In this document: positions 28,156-42,517 of the stretch, piece by piece | Numbering within the stretch: position 1 is the first letter of the stretch | Layout: each line of letters starts with the position of its first letter | Assembly (NCBI GenBank): GCA_951406725.2 | Contig: OX597824.1 | Location: 5,270,001 to 5,334,000, forward strand | Direction: 5' to 3' | Source of the DNA: Octopus vulgaris | Lineage: Eukaryota | Length of the DNA stretch: 64,000 bases | Made by a program: the position numbers and the translations under genes | Notes under the pieces: generated by a model | Told to the model about the DNA's origin: nothing | The model's database searches: none | What the model saw: the letters and a program-made list of their open reading frames with translations, nothing else

Positions 28156-28496
28156 CTTTTACTTGTTTCAGTCTGTTGACTGTGGCCATGCTGCAGTACC
28201 GCCTGTAGTCAAACAAATCGATCCCAGGAGGATTTATTCATTCTCAGCCTAGTATTTATTCTATCGGTCGTTTTTGCCGAGCCGCTAATGATACGGGGAT
28301 ACAACGTCGGTTGTCAAGCAATTGGGGGTGGGATTGGGGGGGAAACACACAGACACATGCGACGGGCTTCTTACAGTTTCCGTCTACGAAATCCACTCAC
28401 AAGGTTTTGGTTGGTCCGATGTTATAGCAGAAGACACTTGCCTAAAGTGCCGCGTAGTGGGACTGAACCCAGAACCACACAGCCACGCCTGCACCT
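28156..28496 (-). mobile_element. SINE family A, diverged
   Basis: Homology to family A. Confidence 0.75.
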
Positions 28497-29002
28497 ATAT
28501 AAACCCAAACCAGTAATCAACACACATCCACACACGCACTCATGATCGTAAGTTTGTGGTTTCGATTCTTGGACTGGGCGATGCGTCGTGTTCTTGAGCA
28601 AGACACTTCATTTCACGTTGCTCCAGGGCCCATTAAATTGGTGAAGATGAGTAATCTTGCGACGGACTGGCGTTCCTTCCCGGAGAGGAACATATGTGTT
28701 ACAGAATCCGGGAAGTCGGCCCTCATGAGCTTTTGGCTCGGAAAATGGTCTTCGATCTTTTTATTTTACTTTACAGAGTGTGCGTGTGTGTATGAGTGTG
28801 TGTATGTGTGTGCCCAAGCAAGGGTACGATAGATTCTAATATAGACCCATATATACATGCGTGCATAGGTCCCTGTTAATACGTTTGTATTTGGAATTTG
28901 TGTGAGAGAGGGAGGGAGGGGGGGAGAAAGGGACAAGAATGTAGAGTGAAGGACATCGAAAGACAGGATGAAAGTGAGAAGGTGAGACAAAGAGACGAAA
29001 GT

Positions 29003-29033
<31 letters not shown>

Positions 29034-29059
29034 CAAAGGGGGCTAACTAACATATACAC

Positions 29060-29395
29060 TTCGCAGCCTGGTTCTCCGTCGGTTATAACGACGAGTGTTC
29101 TAGTTGATTCGTCAGCCGAACAGCTTGCACGTAACATTAACGTGCAAGTGACCGACCCCTCCACGGACACGTCTACCCATAACGCAATTCTTAGGAAGAT
29201 TCAGCGTGACACACAGCGATAAATCTGGTTCTTCGAATTACAGGTACAACTAGTTTTTACTGGTTGAGTCTTGAGTCAGCTGGAGCAATGACAAAGTGTC
29301 TTGCTCAAGGACAAAACGCAACGCCGGGATTGAAACACAGAACCTTACGATCGTCAGCCGAATACATTAACCATTAAGTTACGCGCCTTCACACA
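29060..29395 (-). mobile_element. SINE related to family C (shared 3' half)
   Basis: Shares ..ACACGTCTACCC..GATTCAGCGTGACAC.. with family C; tRNA-like head near 29390. Confidence 0.6.
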
Positions 29396-30357
29396 CAGCA
29401 AATATACAACCGTACAGCCATTACATCCACGCACACAATCGCAGATACATAAAGTCTTATAAGCAAACACGTGGAGTTGTGAAACAACAAATGAAAGAAA
29501 CTAATTTAGTAGATAAATATCTAGAAAATATTTTCATGACAACAAATTCATCTTTTAATAAAATACCTTTTGGCAAAACCAATTTTTAGTAATAAAGGTA
29601 TGTAATATTGTTGATGCAGTAAGGTCTGATATATTATGTCTTTTGTCAAATGAATTTAAGATGGATAATAATAAACGAATTCAGAGACAAGCTGCAAGTG
29701 ATCGCAAAGGAATATTTATTTATTACTATTGCTAAAATTTGATTCAGGAAACTGGTAGGATATTATATTAGTCAAAACATTATAGAGATTTAAATGCTCA
29801 TAAAAATGAAGATATAAAGGTTAGAGAAGAAAAACCCTGAAATACAGCATCGCAGAAATTTTGGTTAGTTGGTTCGTGCTATTCGAATGTTGGTAAGACG
29901 CTAAATCTGTTGAAGCTGAAAACTGCAGAATGAATTGAAAATTGTTTTCACATCGAAGTCCCAGGGAGCTCATAACAAAACCATCCCCCATCACGATTTG
30001 AAAGGCTAAAACTTCCCATTTTATAACTGATGAACAGACGATAGGCTAGTCCATAACATTAGAGATGAGGGCGGTCCAAATAAAATTAAATGAATCCGAC
30101 CATCACGTGGTGAACCAAAATGGGTAGTTAAAAGTAAAAAAAAAAAAAACACAACGTGGGCAGCTAAAGTTCAAGAGCACTCATGCTGCCGCTACATACG
30201 TACCAATTTTGTTGCTATAATTTATAGTTCGTATTCATAACTTCTAATGTTATTTAATGTTACGTTTTGTTTACAGTCACACAATTAAGCCTAATAAAAT
30301 ATTCCGTGTAAGTATATCTAGAGTGGCTGAGCCAACTATGGCACCCATTCCCTAGAC

Positions 30358-30576
30358 CAGTGCTTTTCAAACTTTTTGCTGGAGCGGAACCCCAAGGAAA
30401 CATTCCACTGGCTCGAGGAACATCTGTGCAATAATTTAATAGTCTGATGCACACATATCTCCACAGGAGACTTAAAAATTACTGCTGATTTTAGCATTTT
30501 TGTAACTTCTTGCGGAACCCCTGCACTGTACTGGCAGAACCCTAAGGTTCTGCAGAACCTTGGTTGAAAACCACTG
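30358..30576. mobile_element. hAT (Charlie-like) MITE
   Basis: TIRs CAGTGCTTTTCAA / TTGAAAACCACTG; perfect 8-bp TSD CCCTAGAC (30350-30357 and 30577-30584); internal GGAACCC repeats. Confidence 0.9.
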
Positions 30577-30721
30577 CCCTAGACTCTAATCATTGAAAGA
30601 GAGGGAAAATTGTTTGTCTGGTTAAGAGTTCAAACGGGCACAGAACACAACCGTACACCGAATGGCTTGACATGAATTAAATCAGGATCAAGGAACCTTT
30701 TTCCTGTATGTATGTACTTAT

Positions 30722-30940
30722 GCGTGTCTTTGTGTCTGGGTTTGTTCCCCACCCCATCGCTTGACAACCGATGTTGGTGTGTTTACGTCGCCTGTAACTT
30801 TGCACTTCGGCAGAAAAGACTGATAGAATAAGTACAAGGTTTACAAAGAATCAGTCCGGGGGTCGATTTCTTCGACTAAAAAGGCGGTGCTCCAGCATTG
30901 CCGCATTAAAATGGCTGAAACAAGTGGAAGAATAAAAGAA
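30722..30940 (+). mobile_element. SINE family A, 3' half
   Basis: GCTTGACAACCGATG..GGCGGTGCTCCAGCA..CTGAAACAAG. Confidence 0.75.
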
Positions 30941-31992
30941 TGACCGTTGTTGTGTATTTTTGTGGCTAAAATGACTTCTCATGGAAACAGAAATCTAATT
31001 CGTGAATTTTGAAAGTGGACTTCATTGTTGCTTGCTGATAGACGCTGGCCACACGGACGTTCTGTGAGCGCTTCAACTGTGATTCGAACCAGCCGACATA
31101 TACGGCCGACCGATCGTTGCTTGTGTCATTCTCTAACACTCATGAATTGCGACATAAGGTTTTACGTCAGGAAGAGTTTTTATCGTGTGTGTGTGTGTGT
31201 GTGACATACATACATATGTATATAGGTAATGTGCTATGAAATCTGACATGGTGAATGATTTGTTTGAATATTGTAATGGAAATCGAATATTAGCCACATA
31301 AAGGTAACCGAAACTTGAATGGAACCAACGCATAAACTAGCAGACACTCGCCATCACTCACTTTCAAGCACGCGCGGGGACACACACACACATACACACA
31401 CACGATAAGAAAAATATTTTACTGGCGTAAAACCTTATATAACACACGCACACAAACACACTCACACACACTCACACACACACACACTTCTGCACACCTT
31501 ATCAAAGAATCAAACATGTACATTGGCGATTAATGTTTCACCTTCAATTATCTTCAATTCAGTCTTTCTAATATGAATATTTCACCATTAAATCGATGTT
31601 TCACCTACTTTTATAATTATATTCAATGGCGGGCAAGCTATGTTCTCATTAAAATTTAACAACACCAACAAGAACTGCAACGTCGACGGCTGCAGCAAGA
31701 TCAACGACATTATCAATAACACATACAGCGACATGACTCCGATAATAATAAACAAATATGGCAATACCCATGATAGTAACCTGTTCATCTTTTTGTCTTT
31801 TTATGAGAACATTAAAATAAGAAAAACTGGTGAAACAAAGAAAAAAATTAAAATAAATAAATATTGTCCCTAAGCGATTTGAATATTATGGTATGTTTGG
31901 ATTTTTTCCTATGTATATGTATGCGTTGTTTGGTTGGAATCTAGGAAGGACAGCGCTGTTGGGGCTGGCGCCAATTGAAACAGAAACATATG

Positions 31993-32610
31993 TTGGTTCC
32001 AAAGTTTGGCACAATGTCAGCTGTTTCGAAGAAGGGGTGTTAAGTCGATTATATCGATCCCAGTGTTCAATTGGTACTTATTTTATCGATCCTGAAAAGG
32101 ATGAAAGGCAAAGTCGATCTTGGCGGAATTTGAATTCAGAACACAAAGGCGGACGAAATGCAGTTAAGCATTTTCTCCGGCATGCTAACGTTGCTTATTT
32201 CTTTATTGCCCACGAGGGGCTCAACACAGAGGGGACAAACAAGGACAGACAAACGGATTAAGTCGATTATATCGACCCCAGTGCGTAACTGGTACTTATT
32301 TATCGACCCCGAAAGAATGAAAGGCAAAGTCGACCTCGGCGGGATTTTGAACTCAGAACGTAAAGACAGACGAAATACCTATTTCTTTACTACCCACAAG
32401 GGGCTAAACACAGAGAGGACAAACAAGGACAGACAAACAGATTAAGTCGATTACATCGACCCCAGTGCGTAACTGGTACTTAATTTATCGACCCCGAAAG
32501 GATGAAAGGCAATGTCGACCTCGGCGTAATTTGAACTCAGAACGTAGCGACAGATGAAATACCGCTAAGCATTTCGCCCGGCGTGCTAACGGTTCTGCCA
32601 GCTCACCGCC
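31993..32610 (-). mobile_element. Second head-to-tail trimer of SINE family B
   Basis: Junctions at ~32195 and 32378/9. The leftmost unit is diverged with the alternative tail. Confidence 0.85.
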
Positions 32611-33784
32611 TTCAAGGTAGCATCGTTTATTAAGAAATGAACGATAAAGAAATGAGTATAGCCTTAACCTCATTCGAGGATATGTTCCATTACCTATTGT
32701 TGCAAATTTGAAGGTAGGCCATATCAGTTTTATTTTAATCTGGTACAGCTACGTGATTTTGGTGTAACTCCTGCCGAACCGTTCATGCGTGGCTAACCCC
32801 CCCCCCCATTTTATTCTTTCTAGTCTATGACAATCGTACCTAACTAGAAACTACGCGATCGAAGAACTAATCGATATTATACAGGAAATAGTGATGAATG
32901 GATTAACAGAAAGGGCATTTTGGTTTTTTTTTAAAAAAGATAGCGCCTTAGGCCTCATAAAGCCTCAATCGTCTTTCACAGTAAAAACAATGGCCGAAGG
33001 CTTTCTCGTCGTTTACACGTTGGACAAAATACATTACCCAATTGTATATTTTTTTCTAATTTGCTCTCGAATTTCTTTTTATGGGAGGTCGTCGTGAGTA
33101 AAGAGGTGACTCTCAGAGGCAGCTCCATTTCCTGTTGGTTTGTTATAAATGACTAAGTTCTGAATGTCTGGATGTTGTTTCAAATGGCTTTAGCGACATT
33201 TAAAACAAATATTTATCCCATAAGACAAAAATAAATAGGACAGAAGCTGCTTTTTCTTTCTTTTAGATCGTGAACAGTTCCACAAACAAAGAAATATACG
33301 AATCCGCTAATGGGCAAATTGTTTACAAATTTCTTTAATTTACAAAGTTGTAAGCTTGATGAATTCGTGTGTATCGCAGGTGTTTCGTCTAGTCTCAAAA
33401 AGGAAAAAAGAAAAAGACAGCAGTTTACCTATGTTTTTGTTTAGCTGTAGGTCTGTCTGAACCGAAAGACCTCTCAACAAGATTTCCAGCTGTGATATTG
33501 TTAAAAGACTTTTATGTTTCGAGATTATACTATAAAGTGTCGTTTCATTTTTAAAGAGTAATTGAGGGGGATTTAGCTAATGTTTCTGGTAAGTTGTGCT
33601 ATACAAAATTCTCTTGTTGGTATAATGTTATGTATTCTGTCGTGTTATTAGGAGAAGTATGAGATATCACCGACTGAAAAATGATATCTTATACAAAATA
33701 CATTGACCTTGTATACTGCTAAAACTATAGGTAAAAGAGCCTGAGGTGTTTGTAGTTACTTGCCATATTAGGTAACTTTATACA

Positions 33785-34232
33785 GACGCACACGCACATA
33801 CGCACACACACACACACACACAGACATACTACACAGACACACTACACACAGACACAGACACACTACACACAGACACACTACACAGACATACTACACACAC
33901 ACACATACACTACACAGACACACTACACACAGACACACTACGCACAGACACACTACACAGACATACTACACACACACACAGACATACTACACAGACACAC
34001 TACACACAGACACACTACACAGACATACTACACACACACAGACATACTACACAGACACACTACACACAGATACACTACACACACACACACTACACAGACA
34101 TACTACACACACACACACACAGACATACTACACAGACACACTACACACAGACACACTATACACAGACACACTACACAGATATACTACACACACACACACA
34201 CTACACAGACATACTACACACACGCAAACACA
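33785..34232. repeat. (CA)-derived minisatellite, unit ~ACACTACACAGAC
   Basis: Seen directly. Confidence 0.92.
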
Positions 34233-34276
34233 TACTTTGAGTGAAGGTTGTTGTTCGATAGTATCGATTCCAGTTG

Positions 34277-34467
34277 GCAGAATCCTTATCACGTCAGGCG
34301 TAATACTGAGCGGTATTTCGCCTGCCGTTCCGTTCTGAGTTCAGATTCCGCCGAGGTCGATAAATTAAGTACCAATTACGCACTGGGGTCGATGTAATCG
34401 ACTTAATCCCTTTGTCTGTCCTTGTTTGTCTCCTCTATGTTTAGCCCCTTGTGGGCAATAAAAAACA
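34277..34467 (+). mobile_element. SINE family B copy with TSD, inserted in an older opposite-strand SINE
   Basis: TSD GTATCGATTCCAGTTG (34261-34276) / GTATCGATGCCAGTTG (34469-34484). Decayed family B sequence continues at 34485-34630. Confidence 0.8.
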
Positions 34468-35187
34468 AGTATCGATGCCAGTTGCTGATTGGTGTTTTAT
34501 TTTATAGAACCCCACGGATATGTCAGGCAAGGATGATCTCGGTGGGATTTGAACACAAAAGTCAATGAGTCTCAACTAAATACTATTAACACATTTTATC
34601 CGACGCTTTACCGTTTCTGCCATTCCAGCGCCGTTACAAGGATTATACGAAAGCAGACAACGAAAATAATTAAGCGAATTGTCTTTGATTCTTTAATAAA
34701 AAATGGAATAGATGGTCATATATGGCATCTCTTTGGTCATATGTCTGATTGGTAAGCATTGACCCTCGGTCAAATAACAGCATTCTATTTTGATTTATTG
34801 GAAGCATTCGGTTAGATGTAATTAATATCCTTGGAATTAACTCCCGATATTAAATTCGTGGGAGTCGACCGTAGATGCATCTCCCATGCGGAAATCTCCT
34901 CTGAGGTATTGCTCCTAGTTCTATTTTTGCTGTCTTGTGTTGGATTGTTCAGCAATACTAGTTTCCGATTGAGAACAGTGATCGATCAACCGACCCAAAA
35001 GAACAAAAAAAAAAAAAATCACCAGACGAACAAAAGGCAAAAAAACAAAAAAAAAACAAGAAAAACAAAAACGAGGAAAACAAAAGAAACAAACACAAAA
35101 GAAAAGTAATGTCCATTTCCTGAATGGAAATCATTTAGTGCATTGCATTTTTTAAATACTAAAGTATTGCCTATGCGGTTTCGACTG

Positions 35188-35233
<46 letters not shown>

Positions 35234-35759
35234 CGAAAGCAATTATATCCATGTTGTGTGTGTGTGTGTTCTTGCTGTTGTTTTAGAAGTGACCAACTGT
35301 CAATGGTCAACGGGCAACGTTGACCGCATTAATCACTCAGTAGTGTCCTGCACGCCAACACTAGAATAACCGGAAGAGTTGATACATCTAAGCATCAAGG
35401 AACTGTTTTCATGCGGCGGAGTTAATGAAAATTAGATTAACATGTCGTGAAGATGGAAAAAAAACCCCAAACCTTTGTCAACATATACAAAATTTAAAAT
35501 TACTAGAGTACATAAACGTACATAAATTATGAATCCACTCAAACGTGACGAATGCAGGATTTTTCTGCCACCGTAATACGTATCAACTGACTGATGTGGA
35601 AGGTTTTGGTTAACATTTGTAATTTTTGCATAGTAAAATATTAATTTGTTAACACCGTTCTTTCATTTTAACAATGAAAGCAATCTTACTGATAGAAACC
35701 TGGCTTTTCAAACCAATTTACTATCAAATCAATCAGAATTGCCGACATTCTTTTGGCTG

Positions 35760-36900
35760 GTTTTCTTTTGGAAGAATTAATTCTGCAGTAACTACAGCCA
35801 GATTTATTTTGGCAGTCCGTTGCTTGTGATACAAAAGTAGAGCCAACGAATGTAAATCTCGTTTGTGTCATTCTTGACAGAAGACATGTCTTTAATCGTT
35901 TTGCCAAAGAAATTGTTCATTCGGCCGTAGCTGATGATGCAGGAATTACCAGTAAAAGTTGGCAAATTTTATAAATCTTTCACACTTGGTGCTGACTGTT
36001 GCATGTTTCTTTTTCTTCCTTCAACTATCAGAGAATTAATGTCAGTACCATTGCTGTATCATTCCTGAATAAAATTGATTTGTGATGAGATGTTCCCCGC
36101 TGATCGCCTTTGGAAGTAACGTTACCAGCTTTCAATACACTTTGAAGCTTGCCTGATCAAAGAGATTATCGTGTAACTACGACCTCCAAATTCACAAGTA
36201 TTTAATGGTCGACTGAAGTGTACCTTTGCTAATTCCCATTTCAATATTTCTTAGAGCTCGGTTCAAAGATGATATGCTATGTCCCTGCCTTCCGCACAAT
36301 ATCATCAGCGATGGTATCAGGTGAATAGTCATTCTTCATGTTTTGCTTTGTAATTTCAAGTTCTCCATGTCCATTTGTTAACGATATTTTATCTGTTTCC
36401 ATTTGAGCTTGGGAGTCAATTGCACAACCAGAACATCAATTTCGAATTGTAGATTTGCATCTTCTTGCCAATGCCTGAATACGATTGAAAAACTATCAAG
36501 GAGTCGTCGAAAGTATTTAGCAGACACGCTGCATCTAATTGTACTTAGCTATAAGATGCTATTAAGCGTCAAATTTTCTTCAAACTCTGTTCCATATTTT
36601 TTCAATTCATTAACTAAATCCTTCGTCTTTGATTAGCGTAAATATATACTGAGTTTTACCTCTCACCTTAGATACTATCTTACATTGCACCATAGTTTCT
36701 TCACATTCTCAAAGAATACGTGTGACAATATATTGTTAAAATTCTTCCAATGAAGTTCGTCCCACGCTCAGCTAACCCAGATTCTTCTCCAATACATTGG
36801 TCGCTCCAGTTGTATATAAGTATTTTTAGTCCTGTGACTACATCCATGAAAATATTCTTAGTTATTTTGCATGTCGAGCAACAAAACCCAGGCACTTCTC
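35760..36900 (-). pseudogene. Highly decayed hAT transposase
   Basis: Across frameshifts on the minus strand: ILTIYCHTYSL (CxxH-region-like), LFDQASFKVY, and KICQLLLVIPASSATAE..SLAKRLKTCLLSRMTQTRF (hAT C-terminal dimerization motif). Confidence 0.7.
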
Positions 36901-37059
36901 GTTGGCCGCTAAACGCTTGTCAATACAACGAATACATAACCTAAGTTGTTCATTGTTTGGCGGGCTGGAAATGAAAAATCGAAAAATAGGTCGTGCCTCC
37001 ATCTCTAAATAAATGTCTCGTACTTAAGTCAAGCATTACGGAATAGAATTCGTTTAGTA

Positions 37060-37262
37060 CGAGAGGGTGCTGAAACGTTCCTGGCTATATGGATATCACG
37101 AAAGGCCTGGTTGGAGTCCCAACCTTCTGAGTTCTTTTATAGGGCTTAGAAAAACTGAAGGACCACTGCATTAAGTGTGTGAATCTGAGAGAGGAATATG
37201 ATGATTAAAATCATAATTAACTGGTCCTCCGGTATTTCTTTTTATCCAAAGCCAGGATTTTT
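37060..37262 (+). mobile_element. Mariner-derived MITE, right end eroded
   Basis: TA-CGAGAGGGTGCTGAAACGTTCCTGGCT ... AGCCAGGA. Internal GLEKLKDHCIKCVNLREEY resembles a mariner transposase C-terminus. Confidence 0.55.
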
Positions 37263-39394
37263 TTGCATATTTTGGCTTAAATGTCTACCACAAACTCGTA
37301 GAAGCGAGAGAGAAAGATGATTACGATGTACTTAGCCAATGCAGTGACTAAGTATACCAGAATCAACTTTCCCTCTAGCGTGTACTAATATTTATAAATT
37401 AGATGACTCTTCAACATTTTCTTACATAGTTATTTCTTTTTCTTGTCGGTAAAAGAAATCCAGAAACCCACAGATATTTTTTATTAGACATTTACAATTT
37501 ATTAGCAAATGTTTTCTTGCATTTGCATCTACCAACCCTCTGACGTTTACTACATTTAGAATCCAGCACTTCCAGTCCAATAGTAGAAGGCTGACGTTCG
37601 TCAAAGAGTCGAAGTTTCTTAAAGCGCTGAAGTGCTATTTCGCTATTATAAAATATTTCCAGTATAAACTCATTTTGTTTAACTTTAACAAGATGTAGTT
37701 TTGAAGTTTCCTTATACATCGTACATTAAAACAAAATATACGTTCGTAAGTCTCGCCATAACGAAAGACATTAAAAGAAGTTGACAAAAATGCTTACAAA
37801 GCATTAGACAGGGGTGCCAAATGGATATGGGGTGAATAAAAATCTACCGGTAGCGTTGTATTAGTATTAATAGCAAACCTTAGGGTAGATTTGTTCGTTG
37901 GTTGTGTTGATATTGACGGAGACAATAAAGAGAATATTTCTGAAATAAAGACGAATTAATAAAACTTTTGAACTGTGTTTGCAATTGTGTAGAATGGTTT
38001 ATTTTGGCACAAAAAACTAACGATTAAAATTTATAAACTTTGGTAGAAAAGATAATTTCCACCGTTTGTTACTCGCTATAATTAAGCATAACTGAAGTAT
38101 TGCAATCTTATAAAACAGTTTTTGAAATAAAACACTTAATTTTTTCAGCGGATATTCGACAACCTGATAAATTTGAGTATTAGACTGAATCTGTCACTCA
38201 TCTTAATGCTATCACCTGACCGCATAGTTCCCTGCCGTTCAAGAATTTGCACCTGAAGATCTCCATTTCCAGCGACTTCGAGGGCCACCTCCCAGTGGTG
38301 TCGGGCGTCAACGAAGAGCCCTCGACTACAACAAGACGACCAAAGTTTTTTTTTTCCCAAGGTCTGGGGTCTCCCGTCCCTAAGCCCTAAACCATCACCT
38401 AATCACCCTTACCCGTCTTGTTGCTTAAGAACAACAACAAAGCATAGTTACCTTAGGCCTAGGCTACTCTGTTGCGAGTGTCCGGGAGAAAAGTCTCTGG
38501 TTTGAAGACAACTCCAACACTCTCTCTTACTGGATTCGGTCATTGTAAAGGGCCATTGGCAAGCCGCCCTTCCTGACTCGGGAATAAAAATAAACTAAAA
38601 GTTTTAGTCTGCTCAACCCTTTTATATCATGCACGAACCTCAAGCGCGCAAACAGAGAGCTAGATAAATAATATGGTGTTTGTATACTTGTGGCAGGTGT
38701 ACGCAAGCTGTCATATTCTATCTTCATTTCATTCGTGATCGGAACAATATATTTACCAAATGGTGCTAGAACTTAGAGTTGATCACAGCCATCTGCAATT
38801 AAGATTTCGCAGAAGTCATATTTCATATCGCTTTCAGTGTGTTAACTCACGTGAAAAGTTATGCAGGTTATTCTCCAAATGGTAATTTTTCAAAATTCTG
38901 GTTGTAACCTGTAAGCACATTTTTCACGTAATTACATTATACAGTTACCGTGAATTCGGTACATGACACATTTTCAATCATGAAAATACTTTTCCTGTAG
39001 GAAGAAATAATTTAGGTCGGGAAGGGTTAATTGAGAAGCTAAAATAAATTGCTCTCCGCAATAGGAATAAAAGTTAAACATAGCAAAAACACGAAGTTCT
39101 AAAAAAAATTTAAATAATGTTGATTTTAATACATGTTATGTAAAACTAAAAATTTGGTGTGTGTGACAATTCAAAGTTTGGCAAATGCAATCGCTCCGCA
39201 CGTAACAAATTTTAGCTGCAGAGAACATAATATTTATAACAACGATAATTTCTATGAATTGGAATTCTAAACATAAAGAAATCTGTAAAGATAATAAATA
39301 CATGACGTGTTTGTATAAATAAAATAATAAAAAAATAACAATCATCAAATATGCACAGACACACACACACACATTGCATATACACACATATATA

Positions 39395-39464
<70 letters not shown>

Positions 39465-39631
39465 TAAAAAATGGAGTTAACGCAGGTGTAAACAAATATT
39501 TTTACTTTCGACACATGTTTCGAAAATTCCACTGATACTATTCAACACCTTTACTTGTGAGATTTTTGCTGCCCTGCTAACTATTTATTTATTTTTCCGT
39601 GTTAATTGTTAACAAGGTAAAAATACACTCA

Positions 39632-39670
<39 letters not shown>

Positions 39671-40100
39671 TATTTATACATATATACATATATGTCTATC
39701 TATCCATCCATCCATCCATCCACCCGTCCGTCCGCTCTGTCTGTCTGTCTGTCTGTCTATCTTTCTATCTATGGCCTCCGTCTGCAATGTCAACATATGT
39801 GCAAGCATGGGCAATATAACATATAAACGCGAGGCATATTCTTTATCGCCTCGCATTTATATGTTAGCCTTGGCTTCCTGCTGAGGAGAGCTTCGCAAAT
39901 TGTAAATTTTTTTATTTACAAAAGATTGCTTGAAACTATGCATAGTCCAGGAAAAATAGAGGAAATGTTTTTTATTTTTCATTCCCTTCCAGAATTACAA
40001 CTATTAGTGGTTTGTAGTTTAACTACTCTTTCTAGCGAGTCAGATGTTCTGTTATGGCCATCTCTTACGTGTTTAAACGTACACTGTGTATATATATATA

Positions 40101-41003
40101 CGAGGGGCACCCAAAAGTAACCGGATACGTTCTCTGTGGGACAAGACCGGTTTAGTTCGAGCTTCTGCCGCGGGAAGTCACTTGATGCAACATTCAGGCA
40201 TAAGTCTGCTGACCGGCGTCATCCAGTGATGTCGTATTGCCACGTGGTGTGTCTTTGTTTTGCACTGCTTCTCCCCTATTCGTCGACTTTTCGATGACCG
40301 AAACAAAGGAACAGCAGCGTGCATCCGTGAAATTCTGATTTCTGCTGGGGAAAACATTGGCCGAAACTGTTGTCATGCTCCAAATAGCTTACAAGAACGC
40401 CGCCACGAACAAAACACAAGTTTACGAGTGGTTTTCGTGCTTTAGGAGTGGTCAGTTGATGCTTGAAGGCCAACCTCGTTCAGGGCGACCGTCGATCTTC
40501 CGAACGAATGAAAACATCACGGAAATTCATGAACGGATCTTGGCGGACCGTCACTAAACAAATGACCAGCTTGTTGATAGGATTGGTGTGTCCTGGAGCT
40601 CCTCCCTACGAATTTTGAGCGTGGAATTGTGAATGAAACGAGTAGCATGGAAAGTTGTGCCTTGCTTTCTCACGGAAGATCAAAAGCAATCACGGATGAA
40701 TGCCTGTCGCGGACAGAAAGAACAGCTGGATATTGATCCGGACCTCTCATCGTAGGTCACCACAGGCGAGGAAAGCTGGTGCTACGGAATTTGTAGATGT
40801 GGAAGAGGTGAAGTAATAAACGACAGAGGCGTTAAAAGATATCACTTCACAAGAGCTCCAGCTTCGAACAATGGAAAATGCGCCGGGACCGACGCATTGC
40901 TTCATATGAAGAAGACTTTGAAAGGAATAAAAGTGTAATTATGAAAACATTAAGTGAATGAAATAACATTACACAATTCCGGTCTCTTTTGGGTACCCCT
41001 ATG
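40101..41003 (+). mobile_element. Decayed, internally deleted mariner transposon
   Basis: Imperfect TIRs CGAGGGGCACCCAAAAGTAACCGGA / TCCGGTCTCTTTTGGGTACCCCTATG with TA flanks. Relic peptides KTQVYEWFSCFRSG..PRSGRPS and TGEESWCYG. Confidence 0.85.
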
Positions 41004-41013
41004 TATGTATGTT

Positions 41014-41054
<41 letters not shown>

Positions 41055-41057
41055 GTA

Positions 41058-41130
<73 letters not shown>

Positions 41131-41158
41131 GTCTGTCTGTCTCTCTCTCTCTCTCTCC

Positions 41159-41208
<50 letters not shown>

Positions 41209-41334
41209 ACATACACACATACATACGAATATATACGTATAAATATATACGCATATATCAATGTATATATATGCATAAATATTTACACACACATATATAT
41301 GTATATATATATACATATATATATATGTATATAT

Positions 41335-41409
<75 letters not shown>

Positions 41410-41412
<3 letters not shown>

Positions 41413-41680
41413 CAATAATATGTTACATTACTCGATAGTCAAGATAAAACTCTGAGTTTCAGATGCCGAAGTGGAAATCCACAACAACATCTCTTCGGTT
41501 ATCTAGAAATAGCTAGATAACCGAAGAGATGTTGTTGTGGATTTCCACTTCGGCATCTGAAACTCAGAGTTTTATCTTGACTATCGAGTAATGTAACATA
41601 TTATTGTATAGATAAATTTCCTCTATTTACATAATATTGAGGTCTCTTTCTTTCTTTTGTTATCTTACCGTTTTACCAAT
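41410..41680 (+). mobile_element. Short Penelope-like fold-back relic between (TA)n tracts
   Basis: 97-bp perfect inverted arms 41410-41506 and 41513-41609, spacer AAATAG, unpaired tail 41610-41680, hammerhead-like fold in the arms. Confidence 0.65.
41515..41577 (+). ncRNA. Variant type I hammerhead-like motif (mirror copy on minus strand ~41442-41504)
   Basis: AGATAA-CCGAAGA-GATGTTG..GTGGA/TCCAC..CGGCATC-T-GAAAC-TCAGA-GTT-TTATCT. Stems I, II and III all pair. Core has U4->C and one extra U before GAAA. Confidence 0.6.
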
Positions 41681-41683
41681 ATG

Positions 41684-41740
<57 letters not shown>

Positions 41741-42445
41741 GCACGCATTTGTGTACTATTTATTGCCTTTCAAATATCTAAATATTTACAATGTCGGGAT
41801 ATGTCTTTCCTGCAAACAAATTTTGTTCTCGTATACCAAAATTTGCCATACATTCTCAAATTTATACACATATAAACATGGACACATACACAATCACCCC
41901 CTACACGCACGCACACACACACACAAACACACACTCGTTCACACACACGAATATATAAAATACATAGCAGTACATGTAATTATGCAAAAGTAACTATTTG
42001 CAAAGAGATTAATTTTTAATAAATACAAGGAAAAACTTCAGCGTATATATTCGACATTTAATAACCAATAATTATACACCTCTCCCATCATTCATTTATC
42101 TTCATTTAATATATATAATTACACGAGTCTGCATTCAGGCATATAAATATCTAAATATATATAACTAATCTCACATAAACATGTTTTACACACACACACA
42201 CATGGACACACACACATGGACACAAACATACACTTGTACACACACACACACGTACGTACATTTATATACATGTATATGTGTATATATATGTATGCATACA
42301 TATATGTGTATATCTATGTATATGAATGTGGTCTCACGCACACACAAACGCACGCACAGATTCATTTATATTTATGTATATACATATACAAGATTTATCG
42401 ATCTATCTATTTATCTATCTATCTATCCATCTGTTTGTCTGTCTG

Positions 42446-42517
<72 letters not shown>

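Noticed and set aside
37422-37719. Cys-rich minus-strand peptide (KCSKRQRVGRCKCKK), possible DNA-transposon relic
   Set aside because: Too short and decayed to assign.
38378-38415. CCCTAA-like telomeric seeds
   Set aside because: Only a few imperfect units.
41503-41513. CTAGAAATAGC resembles the engineered sgRNA tetraloop region
   Set aside because: Only an 11-nt match, with no remaining scaffold; coincidence.
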